The translations under genes were made by a program, and so were the position numbers. A stretch of 64,000 nt of DNA. Origin: an archaeon. GTDB taxonomy: Archaea; Nanobdellota; Nanobdellia; Pacearchaeales; GW2011-AR1. Location of the stretch: the NCBI GenBank assembly GCA_030605415.1, contig JAUWIJ010000006.1, positions 2,335 to 66,334 on the forward strand, written 5' to 3'. Positions 25,669-35,086 of the stretch are shown here, one piece after another; position 1 is the stretch's first letter; each line of letters begins with the position of its first letter. A model generated the notes under the pieces. The model did no database searches and was not told the origin of the DNA. It was given only the letters and a program-made list of their open reading frames with translations.

Positions 25669-25863
25669 ATGCATATACTCCAACCGAAGCACGCAAAATT
25701 GAGTCAGAATGAAGTTAAAACGATTCTTGATAAGTTCAATATTGCGTTGGCACAGCTGCCAAAGATTTCTAAAAAAGATCCGGCGCTTCCAGAGGGTTGC
25801 GAGACTGGTGATATTGTTAAGATTTCCCGGGTTGGCGAGATGTATTACAGGGTCGTGATTTAA
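25669..25863 (+). CDS. rpoH: DNA-directed RNA polymerase subunit H (Rpo5)
   Basis: KHAKLSQNEV...QLPKISKKDP...GDIVKISR...YYRVV pattern. Sits directly upstream of rpoB. Confidence 0.85.
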   Translation: MHILQPKHAKLSQNEVKTILDKFNIALAQLPKISKKDPALPEGCETGDIVKISRVGEMYYRVVI

Positions 25864-25864
25864 G

Positions 25865-28800
25865 ATGGTTGAGGCAAATGAACACATTTTGGTTAAGAAA
25901 TTTTTGCAGAATCATTCGTTGGTTGAATCTAATATTAAATCGTTTAATGATTTTATCGAGAATCGTATGCAGGAAATTGTTACTGAGTTGTCCGATGCTT
26001 TGTCTAATGATGATTTTGAAATTAAGTTAGGTAAAATCAGGGTCGGCAAACCAAATATGATTGAGGCTGACGGTTCTTCGAGACTCGTTACTCCTGCTGA
26101 AGTTAGGTTAAGAAAATTGACTTACTCGGCGCCGATTTGGATGGAGATGACAATTAATTATGCGGGGCAGGTTGAGAACGAGGAGGTTCAGCTTGGTAGA
26201 ATTCCGATTATGGTTAAGAGTAAATTTTGTAATCTTGATGGGATGAACGAAGAGGAATTGATTAAGAATTATATTGACCCTAAAGATTATGGTGGTTATT
26301 TTTTGATTAATGGCAACGAGAGAGTGATGGTTATGGCTGAGGATTTGGCTTCTAATCAGACTTTTGTCGAATGGCAGAAAATCAAAAAGCGTTTGATGCT
26401 TAGACTGTTTTCTCAGAGAGGCGCTTATAAAATTCCGGTTTCTTTGGTTGAGAGTCCTGAAGGAATTTTGGAAACGTCGTTTTCACGTTTTAGAGATATA
26501 CCAACTATTGTTTTACTGAAGGCGTTGGGACTTACGAGCGATGCGGATATAGTTAAGTTGATTAAGAAACAGACAGATAGTTTGGTTGTTAATCTTTACG
26601 AGTTCGCAGATATTGTGAGTGTGAACGATGCTTTAATGTGGATTGCGGAGAAGAGCTCGTTGCAGGGAACGAACAAGGAAATGCTTGACAGGGTTAATCA
26701 GAGGATAGATTTGTATTTTTTGCCACATATTGGTTTAGATAAGAATGCGCGGGTGGAGAAAGCTAAGACTCTTTGCAAATTTATTAAACAGTTTTATATT
26801 GCGAGGGAGAATCCCAGTGCGGCTATGACGGATAAGGATCATTATGCTAACAAGAGAGTTCGGTTGTCGGGCGATTTGTTGTCTGATTTATTCAGGGTTA
26901 ATATTAATATTCTTTTGAGAGAGGTTCAGCATACTTTGCAAAAAACCGTGAAGAGGCGGAAGTTTTATTCGATTAAAACGATTGCAAAATCAACTTTATT
27001 TACTCATCGGGTTGAAAGTGCGATTGCGACTGGTTCGTGGATTGGTGAACGGAAGGGTGTTACGCAAAATATGGATAAGAATAATTCGTTTGCGATTATG
27101 TCTCAATTACAGAGAGTGACTTCTACTTTGCCAGGAGAACAAGAAAATTTACCTGCGAGGACTGTTCATCCTACGCATTATGGTAGGTTCTGTCCGATTG
27201 AAACTCCTGAGGGAACTGAGATTGGTTTGAGGAAGAATTTGGCTTTGTTGGCGAGGATTTCGACAAGAACCACTATGGAGCATGAGGGCGTTTTGAAAGT
27301 TTTGAAAAATGGCGGGATGAATGATGATGGCACTTTAGATGTTTTCTATAATGGTCGATTTATTGGAGCTGTTGACGATGCTAATGTTTTTTTGAAGAAT
27401 ATTAAGAGTGAGAGGAGAACTGGAAATTTGCCTATTGAAATGTCTATTCGGTTTGATAGATTTTTAGATACGGTTTTTATTAATTCTGAAATTGGCAGGG
27501 TGATTAGACCTTTGATTATTGTTGAGAGCGGTAAGCCCAGATTAAAAGAAGAGCATTTGGTTATGGTTAAGGATGGTTCTCTAACCTGGAGGAATTTGTT
27601 TGAAAAGGGAATTTTGGAATATCTTGACGCTGCCGAGGAGGACGATTGTTATATTTGTCTTAAAGAGGACGGGTTAACTGAGGAACATACACATTTAGAG
27701 ATTGATGAGATGGATATTTTTGGTGTTAGTGTTTCGTTGATTCCGTTTGGCAATCATGATCCTCCAGCGCGTATGGTTAAGGGTGGTTCGAGGGCATATA
27801 GACAGGGGCTTGGTCTTTATGCGGGTAATTTTCCGGTGAGGATTGATAACGATGTTTCGATGTTGCACTATCCGCAAAAGCCGTTGGTGCGAAGTTTTAC
27901 TTATGATACTTTAAATGTTCATCCTGTTGGGCAGAATGTTATTTTGGCGGTTATGCCTTATGAGGGTTACAATATGGAGGATGCTACTGTTTTGAATAGC
28001 GGTTCTGTCGATAGAGGATTTGGCAGGAGTTCACGATTTAAGCCTTATGTTTCGGTTGAGTTGAATTATGCTGGTGGTCTTCAGGATGAAATTTGTATTC
28101 CAGATAAAGATGTTTCTGGTTATAGAATTGAGGAGAGTTATAGATTTTTAGAGGATGATGGAATTGTTTTTCCTGAGGCTGAAGTGAGAGAGGGCGAGGT
28201 TGTTATTGGTAAAGTTAGTCCGCCTAAGTTTTTAAGTGAAGCCCGTGAGATTTCAATCCAGACAAAAAAGGAAAATTCTTCGGCGATTAAGCAGGAGGAG
28301 TTGGGGATTATTGACGCTGTTTTTCTTACTCACGATAAGGAGGGTAACAGGATTGTTCAGGTTAGGGTTAGAGAGTTGAGAGTTCCTGAGATTGGGGATA
28401 AGTTTTCGGTGCCTCATGGACAGAAGGGTATCGTAGGTATGATTGCTCCTGAGCAGGATATTCCGTTTACGGTTGGCGGCATTAAACCGGATATTATGTT
28501 TAATCCGCATGGTATACCTTCTCGTATGACGGTTGGTTATTTGATGGATATTCTTGGCGGAAAGGTTGCGGCTTTGTCTGGGAGGATTGTTAATGCATCG
28601 TCTTTTTCCGGAGAGACAATTGATAGTCTGGAAAACAACCTGAAGAAACTTGGGTTTAGGCAGAGCGGTAAAGAAGTTATGTATAATGGTATTACGGGAC
28701 AGAGGATGCCGATTAAAATTTTTATTGGTAATATGTTTTATTTGAAGTTGAAGTATATGGTCGCGGATAAAATACATGCCCGTGCTTCGGGTAAAATTGC

Positions 28801-29125
28801 CTTGTTAACGAGACAGCCGATTGAAGGTAGGGCTCGTGGCGGTGCTTTGAGACTTGGGGAAATGGAGCAGGAAGCTTTGGTTGGTCATGGAGCGTCTCTT
28901 CTTTTGAAAGAGCGTTATGATTCAGATAAGGTTGTAATTAATATCTGTTCAAAGTGTGGGAGTATTGTTATCGACGACCAAATTCATAATAAAAGAGTTT
29001 GTTCGCTTTGTCATTCAAATCAGGTCGAGTTTGTTGAGGTTTCGTATGCATTTAAGTTATTGATTGAAGAATTACAGGGGTTGCATTTATTAACTAAATT
29101 CGGATTGAAAAATAAATACGAATGA
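25865..29125 (+). CDS. rpoB: DNA-directed RNA polymerase subunit B (unsplit)
   Basis: 1086 aa with canonical Rpo2 blocks (GYFLINGNERV, HPTHYGRFCPIETPEG, GDKFSxxHGQKG, LGEMEQEAL) and a C-terminal zinc ribbon. Confidence 0.95.
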   Translation: MVEANEHILVKKFLQNHSLVESNIKSFNDFIENRMQEIVTELSDALSNDDFEIKLGKIRVGKPNMIEADGSSRLVTPAEVRLRKLTYSAPIWMEMTINYAGQVENEEVQLGRIPIMVKSKFCNLDGMNEEELIKNYIDPKDYGGYFLINGNERVMVMAEDLASNQTFVEWQKIKKRLMLRLFSQRGAYKIPVSLVESPEGILETSFSRFRDIPTIVLLKALGLTSDADIVKLIKKQTDSLVVNLYEFADIVSVNDALMWIAEKSSLQGTNKEMLDRVNQRIDLYFLPHIGLDKNARVEKAKTLCKFIKQFYIARENPSAAMTDKDHYANKRVRLSGDLLSDLFRVNINILLREVQHTLQKTVKRRKFYSIKTIAKSTLFTHRVESAIATGSWIGERKGVTQNMDKNNSFAIMSQLQRVTSTLPGEQENLPARTVHPTHYGRFCPIETPEGTEIGLRKNLALLARISTRTTMEHEGVLKVLKNGGMNDDGTLDVFYNGRFIGAVDDANVFLKNIKSERRTGNLPIEMSIRFDRFLDTVFINSEIGRVIRPLIIVESGKPRLKEEHLVMVKDGSLTWRNLFEKGILEYLDAAEEDDCYICLKEDGLTEEHTHLEIDEMDIFGVSVSLIPFGNHDPPARMVKGGSRAYRQGLGLYAGNFPVRIDNDVSMLHYPQKPLVRSFTYDTLNVHPVGQNVILAVMPYEGYNMEDATVLNSGSVDRGFGRSSRFKPYVSVELNYAGGLQDEICIPDKDVSGYRIEESYRFLEDDGIVFPEAEVREGEVVIGKVSPPKFLSEAREISIQTKKENSSAIKQEELGIIDAVFLTHDKEGNRIVQVRVRELRVPEIGDKFSVPHGQKGIVGMIAPEQDIPFTVGGIKPDIMFNPHGIPSRMTVGYLMDILGGKVAALSGRIVNASSFSGETIDSLENNLKKLGFRQSGKEVMYNGITGQRMPIKIFIGNMFYLKLKYMVADKIHARASGKIALLTRQPIEGRARGGALRLGEMEQEALVGHGASLLLKERYDSDKVVINICSKCGSIVIDDQIHNKRVCSLCHSNQVEFVEVSYAFKLLIEELQGLHLLTKFGLKNKYE

Positions 29126-29355
29126 TGGCAAATATTATTTTAGATGGACTGGATGAGTTTGAGGAATTTTTGAAAGGATTAGGTTATGGTAAAGAGGACA
29201 GGGGGATAAGATATCCGATTAATAATACTGGGTATTCTGAGGAGAAACTTTGTTCGCAATTGCCAAATTGTTTAAAGTCAAAAGAGAGTGCAAGAGTGTT
29301 TGATGAATATTGTTCGGGCGATTATAATAAATGTGAAGACAAGGTGTTAAATTAA
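29122..29355 (+). CDS. Hypothetical 77-aa protein wedged between rpoB and rpoA
   Basis: ATGA overlap with the rpoB stop, and ends 1 nt before the rpoA start. Contains 4 Cys. No recognisable family. Confidence 0.4.
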   Translation: MMANIILDGLDEFEEFLKGLGYGKEDRGIRYPINNTGYSEEKLCSQLPNCLKSKESARVFDEYCSGDYNKCEDKVLN

Positions 29356-29356
29356 A

Positions 29357-32300
29357 ATGAAATCAATTAGAAAAAAAATTAAGGAGCTGAGTTTTTCTTT
29401 GCTTAGTCCTGAGCAGATTAAGAAATTGAGCGTTGCGAAGATTGTGACGCCGGAGCTTTATGATGTTGATGGTTATCCTGTCGACGGTGGATTGATGGAT
29501 TTGAGGCTTGGTGCGATTGATCCGGGTGTTAGGTGTCGAACTTGCGGTGGGCGATTGAAAGAGTGCCTGGGTCATCCTGGTATAATCGAATTTGCGAGAC
29601 CTGTTGTTCATATTAAATATTTACCTATTATTGATTTGGTTCTTCGAAGCACATGTGAGGCGTGTGGTAAAGTTTTGATTAAAGACGAGAAGGATTTGGC
29701 TAAAGATTTGATTGGCAGAATTAAGAAAGCAAAAGACGGGAAAAAATGTCCGCACTGTTCAATTATTCAGGAGAAGACTAAGTTGGAAAAACCGACTACT
29801 TTTAGAAGTGGCAGGAGAAGATTATTTCCTTCAGAGATTAGAGAGAGGCTGGTTAAGGTTTCCGACGAGGATTTGAAGATTTTGGGAATTAATGCGGCGA
29901 CTTTGAGACCTGAGTGTGCAATTTTAACTTCGTTGCTTGTCCCATCTGTGACAGTTCGTCCGTCGATTACTTTAGAATCTGGCGAGAGGTCTGAGGACGA
30001 TTTGACTCATAAGTTGTCGGATATTATTCGTTCGAATCAGAGGCTTTGGGAGAACTTGAATGCCGGTGCGCCTGAGGTTATTATTGAGGACCTTTGGGAT
30101 TTGTTGCAGTATCATATTACGACTTTTTTTGATAATTCAATTGCCAAGATTCCTCCTGCTCGACATAGAAGTGGTCAGCCCCTGAAAACAATTACAGAAA
30201 GAATTAAAGGCAAGGAGGGTCGAATTAGAAAAAATTTGGCTGGTAAGAGAGTTAATTATTCGGCGCGTACTGTTATTTCTCCGGACCTTAATTTGAAATT
30301 GAATGAGGTGGGTGTTCCGTACGAGGTTGCTAAAATTTTGACTGTTGCAGAGAGGGTAACTTCTATTAATATAAAAAGAATGAAGAAATTGGTTGCCAGT
30401 ACAGAATATCCTATGGCAAATTATATTTTGAGGATTGATGGCAAGAGAAAGAAAATTGTTGATGAGTTGAGGGACGAATTAATTGAGGAGCTTGAACCTG
30501 GCTATATTGTTGAGAGGCATCTTGTCGACGGTGATGTTGTATTATTTAATCGACATCCGTCTTTGCATAGAGCTTCGTTAATGGCGCATTATGTTAAGGT
30601 AATTTCTGGCAGGACTTTTAGAATTCATCCTGCGGTTTGTGCTCCTTATAATGCCGATTTTGACGGTGATGAAATGAATATTCACGCACCTCAGACCGAA
30701 GAGGCTCGGGCTGAAGCAAAAATTTTATTGAATGTTAATGCTAATTTGTTTTCTCCGAAAAATAATATGAATTTTCTTGGTTGTGTTAAGGATGCGGTTA
30801 GTGGTAATTTTATGTTGAGTGAAGCTGAATTGAGCAAGGAGGACGCTTCGCAGTTATTGCATGAAGTGGGGGTTGAGATACCCAATTTAAACAAGATTAA
30901 TTCTGGCAAGGATGTTTTTGAAAAAGTTATACCTAAATTTATTGTTGGCAAGGGTTTTGATGCGACAAATTTTAAGACGGGAAGGGGAGAGGTTTTAAGG
31001 GTCATAGATAAGGAACATAATCGTGAATCCGCCGTTGAACTTCTGAGACAGGTTTTTTCGCTTGGTACGACTTTTTTATCGAGGACAGGATTTACGCTTG
31101 CGATGGAGGATTTGGATGTTCCCGAATCCGTGAAGAAAAAAACATCAAAGATTATTGAGGTTGCTGAAGAAAAAACATCAAAGATTATTGAGAGTTATTA
31201 TGATGGTAGTTTAGAGTTATTGCCAGGGAAGAGTGCGGAGGAGACGAGAGAGAATAAGATTTTGCATGCTTTGAATGAGACGCGAACTGAGATTGGGGAT
31301 GCAGTTAAAGAGGGTTTTCCTAAGGATAATTTAGCGAGCAAGATGATTGGTTCGGGTGCTGGAGGTAGCATGTTGAATATTACTCAGATTGCGTGTTCGG
31401 TTGGGCAGCAGGTTTTGCATGGTCGTAGGATTGATTTTGGTTATACAGAGAGGACGTTGCCGTTTTTTAAGAGAGGTGATTTATCAGCTAGTGCTGGCGG
31501 TTTTATTTATGGTTCGTTTATGAAGGGTTTGAAACCTGAGGAATTTTTCTTTGGTGCTATGACGGGTAGGGATGGTTTAATGGATACTGCGCTTAGAACT
31601 CCTAAGTCCGGTTATTTATACAGACGATTGGCTAATGCTTTGCAGGATTTAATTATGGCTTATGACGGGACTGTCAGAGATGCTTCGAATAATATTATTC
31701 AGTTCATTTATGGTATTGATGGTTTGGATATTTCGGCCAAACATTTGAATAAGAAAGTTGTGCCGGGTGAGGCTATTGGTATTGTGACTGCTCAGTCTTT
31801 TGGTGAGGCGTCGACGCAGATGGTTCTGAATGTGTTTCATGCGGCAGGTGTTGCAGAGATGCAGGTTACTCAGGGACTTCCTCGTATTATTGAGATTTTG
31901 GATGCTCGTAAGTTGCCTAAGACACCGTCTATGGAAATTTATTTAGACAAGAAACACAATAATGAAAAGGATGCCAGAATTGTTGCTGAGAAAATTAAGG
32001 AAGTTAAGTTGAAGGAAATTATTTCGGATATTGCAATTGATTTTGGTTCAAAGAAAATTAAGATTAGCGTTGATATGAAGGCATTGAAGAGTGTGCATAT
32101 TTCTTTAGATAAGGTAGTCGAAATTCTTGGAGAGAAAGGTTTTGATATTAAAAAATTGTCTGATGGTATGGTTCTTGATATGACTAAAGAAGATTTTAAG
32201 ACTATTTATAAAATTAAAGAGAAAATTAAAGAAGTTATTTTGACAGGTATTAAAAATATTTCGCAGGTTCTTGTTGTTAAGCGAAATAGGGATTACGTTA

Positions 32301-32764
32301 TTTTGACTGCTGGTTCTAATTTGAAAGATGTTATGTCATTTAAGGGTGTTGATGCTGACAGGGTTTTGAGTAATGATATTCATGAGGTTTCGCAGGTGTT
32401 GGGTATTGAGACGACTCGACAGTTGATTATTAATGAAATTAATAAGGTGATTAGTTCACAGGGTCTTGCCGTTGATGGTAAGCATGCTATGTTGGTTGCG
32501 GATACAATGACGAATTCGGGTGTTGTTAAGGGAATTACTCGTATGGGAATTATTTCTGACAAGAGTTCTATTTTAGCGAAGGCTTCGTTCGAGACTCCTG
32601 TGCCTCAGTTTGTTCAGGCTACTAAGATTGGAAGAAAGGATAAGTTAGCGTCGGTGATTGAGAATATTATTTTGAATCAACCTGTGCCTGTTGGGACAGG
32701 GTTGCCTGGTCTTTTGGTTAAGGTTACTGGTTCGTTAGCAGAAAAGAAGGAGAAAAATAAATGA
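29357..32764 (+). CDS. rpoA: DNA-directed RNA polymerase subunit A, with A' and A'' in a single ORF
   Basis: A' blocks (zinc sites, NADFDGDEMN) and the A'' trigger-loop block (GEAIGIVTAQSFGEASTQMVLNVFHAAGV) lie in one 1135-aa frame with no stop between them. Confidence 0.9.
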   Translation: MKSIRKKIKELSFSLLSPEQIKKLSVAKIVTPELYDVDGYPVDGGLMDLRLGAIDPGVRCRTCGGRLKECLGHPGIIEFARPVVHIKYLPIIDLVLRSTCEACGKVLIKDEKDLAKDLIGRIKKAKDGKKCPHCSIIQEKTKLEKPTTFRSGRRRLFPSEIRERLVKVSDEDLKILGINAATLRPECAILTSLLVPSVTVRPSITLESGERSEDDLTHKLSDIIRSNQRLWENLNAGAPEVIIEDLWDLLQYHITTFFDNSIAKIPPARHRSGQPLKTITERIKGKEGRIRKNLAGKRVNYSARTVISPDLNLKLNEVGVPYEVAKILTVAERVTSINIKRMKKLVASTEYPMANYILRIDGKRKKIVDELRDELIEELEPGYIVERHLVDGDVVLFNRHPSLHRASLMAHYVKVISGRTFRIHPAVCAPYNADFDGDEMNIHAPQTEEARAEAKILLNVNANLFSPKNNMNFLGCVKDAVSGNFMLSEAELSKEDASQLLHEVGVEIPNLNKINSGKDVFEKVIPKFIVGKGFDATNFKTGRGEVLRVIDKEHNRESAVELLRQVFSLGTTFLSRTGFTLAMEDLDVPESVKKKTSKIIEVAEEKTSKIIESYYDGSLELLPGKSAEETRENKILHALNETRTEIGDAVKEGFPKDNLASKMIGSGAGGSMLNITQIACSVGQQVLHGRRIDFGYTERTLPFFKRGDLSASAGGFIYGSFMKGLKPEEFFFGAMTGRDGLMDTALRTPKSGYLYRRLANALQDLIMAYDGTVRDASNNIIQFIYGIDGLDISAKHLNKKVVPGEAIGIVTAQSFGEASTQMVLNVFHAAGVAEMQVTQGLPRIIEILDARKLPKTPSMEIYLDKKHNNEKDARIVAEKIKEVKLKEIISDIAIDFGSKKIKISVDMKALKSVHISLDKVVEILGEKGFDIKKLSDGMVLDMTKEDFKTIYKIKEKIKEVILTGIKNISQVLVVKRNRDYVILTAGSNLKDVMSFKGVDADRVLSNDIHEVSQVLGIETTRQLIINEINKVISSQGLAVDGKHAMLVADTMTNSGVVKGITRMGIISDKSSILAKASFETPVPQFVQATKIGRKDKLASVIENIILNQPVPVGTGLPGLLVKVTGSLAEKKEKNK

Positions 32765-32994
32765 GTATAAAAGAAATTAAGGAAGCGATGGAAAAAGGGA
32801 ATGTTCTTTTTGGAGTTCGACAAGCATTAAAAAATAAAAAGTTGAAGCAGGTTTTTATTTCTAAGGATACTCGAGATGAAACGGTTGAAAAGCTCGAGGC
32901 TGCCAAAATCGAATTTGATGTTTTGAAGTCTAAGGCGGATATTTCTAAGGAATTAAATCTTGATTTCGAGTGCGAAGTTTTTTCTATTAAATAA
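32761..32994 (+). CDS. rpl30e: Ribosomal protein L30e (short form)
   Basis: The position after rpoA is conserved in archaea. The G(V)RQALKN...KQVFISKD pattern of the L30e/L7Ae fold is present, but at 77 aa it is shorter than usual. Confidence 0.65.
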   Translation: MSIKEIKEAMEKGNVLFGVRQALKNKKLKQVFISKDTRDETVEKLEAAKIEFDVLKSKADISKELNLDFECEVFSIK

Positions 32995-33004
32995 GATGGC
33001 TGGG

Positions 33005-33025
33005 GTAACATTAAAAATGTTTCAT
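33005..33025. promoter_or_regulatory. Conserved 21-nt palindromic promoter-region motif (copy 1, upstream of nusA)
   Basis: gtaacattaaaaatgtttcat has aacat/atgtt arms around an A-rich TATA-like centre and lies 25 nt before the ATG. Identical at 53047-53067. Confidence 0.6.
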
Positions 33026-33050
33026 GAATCCATTTTCGGGAGAATAAAAA

Positions 33051-33476
33051 ATGGCTGAGGTTATTGATATGCAGATGATGAGGTACATTAATTTGTTTTC
33101 TAAGACTACGAGAATTCAGACGACGAAAGTTTTTGTTTATAATAATCAAATTATTTTTGTGGTTCCGAAGAGCAAGGTTTCAGTTGCGATTGGGAGAGAT
33201 GCGGTTAATGCTAAGAAGTTGAATGAGATTTTGCGGAAGAAAATTAAAATTGTCGCGATGCCTACTGTCGAAAATAATGAGGGAATTGAAAAATTTATTA
33301 AAGATGTTGTAGCGCCTGTTGAATTTAATGGTATTGAGATACGGGGAGATTCTCTTGTTCTTAATGCTGGTCGTCAGAGTAAGGCGGCTTTGATTGGGCG
33401 GGGTCGCCAGAGAGAAAAAGAGCTTACAGATGTTTTGAAGAATTTTTTTGGGATTGCGAAATTGAGGATTGCTTAG
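33051..33476 (+). CDS. nusA: Archaeal NusA-like transcription factor (two KH domains)
   Basis: IDMQMMRYINLF...KSKVSVAIGRDAVNAKKL pattern, and conserved operon position. Confidence 0.8.
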   Translation: MAEVIDMQMMRYINLFSKTTRIQTTKVFVYNNQIIFVVPKSKVSVAIGRDAVNAKKLNEILRKKIKIVAMPTVENNEGIEKFIKDVVAPVEFNGIEIRGDSLVLNAGRQSKAALIGRGRQREKELTDVLKNFFGIAKLRIA

Positions 33477-33489
33477 AAATATTTATAGA

Positions 33490-33510
33490 GTAACATTAAA
33501 AATGTTTCAC
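33490..33510. promoter_or_regulatory. 21-nt palindromic motif (copy 2, upstream of rps12)
   Basis: gtaacattaaaaatgtttcac, one mismatch to copy 1. Confidence 0.55.
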
Positions 33511-33524
33511 GAAAATTTTTTTGG

Positions 33525-33560
33525 CAAAAGTTTTTAAACCAAATTTTCACTTAATTTATA
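33525..33560 (+). promoter_or_regulatory. Promoter box shared by rps12 and fusA (likely leaderless)
   Basis: caaaagtttttaaaccaaattttcacttaatttata is near-identical to 36569-36604. The TATA-like tttttaaa lies about 25-30 nt before the ATG. Confidence 0.55.
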
Positions 33561-33562
33561 CG

Positions 33563-33985
33563 ATGGGATTAATGAATGGACGAAAATTAAAGAAAGATAG
33601 GAAGAAGTTTAGGGATAATAGGTTGCCTGATAAAAAGAAGCGACTTGGGATTAGTCTTAAGTTTGATTCTTTGGGGAGGTCGTCGCAGGCGAAGGGGATT
33701 GTTACGAAGAAAATTCAGAAGGAAGCTAAGCAGCCTAACTCAGCTATGAGAAAATGTTGCAGGGTGCAGTTGATTAAGAATGGCAAGGAAGAGACGGTGT
33801 TTATTCCTGGGAACTTGGCGCAGAAATTTGTTGACGAACACGACGAAGTTATTATCGAGAGAATTGGCGGGAAGCAGGGACGGACGAAGGGCGATTTGTC
33901 GGGAGTTAGATTTCAGGTTATTAAAGTAAATGATCAGCCATTGGCTCGACTTTGGTCGGGGAAGATTGAGAAGGGAAGACGATGA
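33563..33985 (+). CDS. rps12: Ribosomal protein S12 (uS12)
   Basis: Start trimmed to MGLMNG. KQPNSAMRKCCRVQLIKNGKE is the universal uS12 signature. Confidence 0.9.
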   Translation: MGLMNGRKLKKDRKKFRDNRLPDKKKRLGISLKFDSLGRSSQAKGIVTKKIQKEAKQPNSAMRKCCRVQLIKNGKEETVFIPGNLAQKFVDEHDEVIIERIGGKQGRTKGDLSGVRFQVIKVNDQPLARLWSGKIEKGRR

Positions 33986-34003
33986 AATTTTTTCAAGATT
34001 TCA

Positions 34004-34100
34004 TGGGTGTTCGGTGTTCGGTGTTCGGGTGTTCGGGGCTTGGCGAGTTGAAGGTTGGGGGGAGGTTTTAGGATGGGAGGAATGGGCTGTAGTGGTTTTG
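34004..34100 (+). repeat. G-rich low-complexity repeat (copy R6)
   Basis: gggtgttcggtgttcggtgttcgggtgttcgggg...ggttggggggagg, following the rps12 stop after a short hairpin spacer (~18 nt). Confidence 0.75.
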
Positions 34101-34102
34101 GG

Positions 34103-34327
34103 ATGAATTATAGAATGCCTGAAGTTTTAGATATTATGTTAAGTCCAGAGAGTAATTATGCTTGTATTATTGAAGTGGATAGAGAGACAAATAGGGTTAG
34201 GAGGAGTGAGACATCCTTGACTCATTTCTACAATAGATCTGAAGCAGAAATTAGTTTTGGTTCATCTGATTCTGATGAGAGAATATTTGAAAAGGTTTCT
34301 AAATTTGGCGAGGTATTTAGTTTCTAA
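34103..34327 (+). CDS. Hypothetical small protein between rps12 and rps7
   Basis: Track ORF trimmed to MNYRMPEV because the upstream part is repeat R6. It ends 1 nt before the rps7 ATG. No known motif. Confidence 0.3.
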   Translation: MNYRMPEVLDIMLSPESNYACIIEVDRETNRVRRSETSLTHFYNRSEAEISFGSSDSDERIFEKVSKFGEVFSF

Positions 34328-34328
34328 A

Positions 34329-34922
34329 ATGGAAATGAAAATTTTTGGTCTGTTTGATGCTTCGGATATTGGGGTGGAGGATCCGGGGATGAGGAGGGTT
34401 ATTAATCTGAATGCTAAGTTGATGTTGAAATCGCACGGGCGAATTAAGTGGGACCCGACGAGGGCGAAGGTTAATGTTATTGAGAGGCTGGTTAATTTGT
34501 TGCAGGTTCCTGGGTCGCGGGGGAAGAAGCATAGAATTATTACGGGATGGATTACGGGGAAGCAGACCCGATGTATAGGCATTGTTATTGATGCGTTTAA
34601 GATTATAGAGGAGAAAACAGGGGAAAATCCTTTGAAGGTTTTTATTAAGGCAATTGAGAATGGTGCGCCAAGGGACGAGGTTGTTGCTGTAGAGTATGGT
34701 GGAGCAAGGTATCCGCAGGCAGTTGATGTTTCGCCACGACGGAGATTGAATTTAGTTTTGCGATATTTTGTCAATGGAGCTTATGACAAGGCGTTTAATA
34801 AGAAGGCAACTATTGTCGAGGCTTTAGCAAAAGAGATTATGTTGGCGGCTGAAAATTCGGGCGAGAGTTATGCTGTTCGGAAGAGGAATGATTTGGAAAA
34901 GCAAGCAGACGCAGCAAGATAG
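34329..34922 (+). CDS. rps7: Ribosomal protein S7 (uS7)
   Basis: Start trimmed to MEMKIFGLFD. The C-terminal ...AAENSGESYAVRKRNDLEKQADAAR is typical of archaeal uS7. Confidence 0.9.
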   Translation: MEMKIFGLFDASDIGVEDPGMRRVINLNAKLMLKSHGRIKWDPTRAKVNVIERLVNLLQVPGSRGKKHRIITGWITGKQTRCIGIVIDAFKIIEEKTGENPLKVFIKAIENGAPRDEVVAVEYGGARYPQAVDVSPRRRLNLVLRYFVNGAYDKAFNKKATIVEALAKEIMLAAENSGESYAVRKRNDLEKQADAAR

Positions 34923-34985
34923 ACTGTGCTTGTCTTGGGGTATTAGGCATTGGGGCGCTTTGCTGTTAGGTGTTAGGTTATTAGA
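34923..34985 (+). repeat. G/T-word low-complexity repeat (copy R7)
   Basis: cttggggtattaggcattggggcgctttgctgttaggtgttaggttattag begins right at the rps7 stop. Confidence 0.6.
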
Positions 34986-35086
34986 AAGAAAAAGCAATCT
35001 TTATAATAAAGTTTTGGAAAAGGTATGAATCTATATATATTTTCATTATAACAATTTTTAAAAACGTTAAGTTCGATTGGAATGGT

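Noticed and set aside
28253-28777. Long antisense or alternative-frame ORFs inside well-supported genes. Examples are 28253..28777(-) in rpoB, 16832..17233(+) in gdhA, 34262..34774(-) in rps7, 60645..61262(-) in ABCE1, 7352..7849(-), 13132..13500(-), 40010..40426(-) and 30691..31005(-).
   Set aside because: They overlap genes with strong family signatures on the other strand or frame. Their translations are low-complexity or biased (Ile/Asn/Arg/Pro rich), as expected for shadow ORFs in AT-rich DNA.
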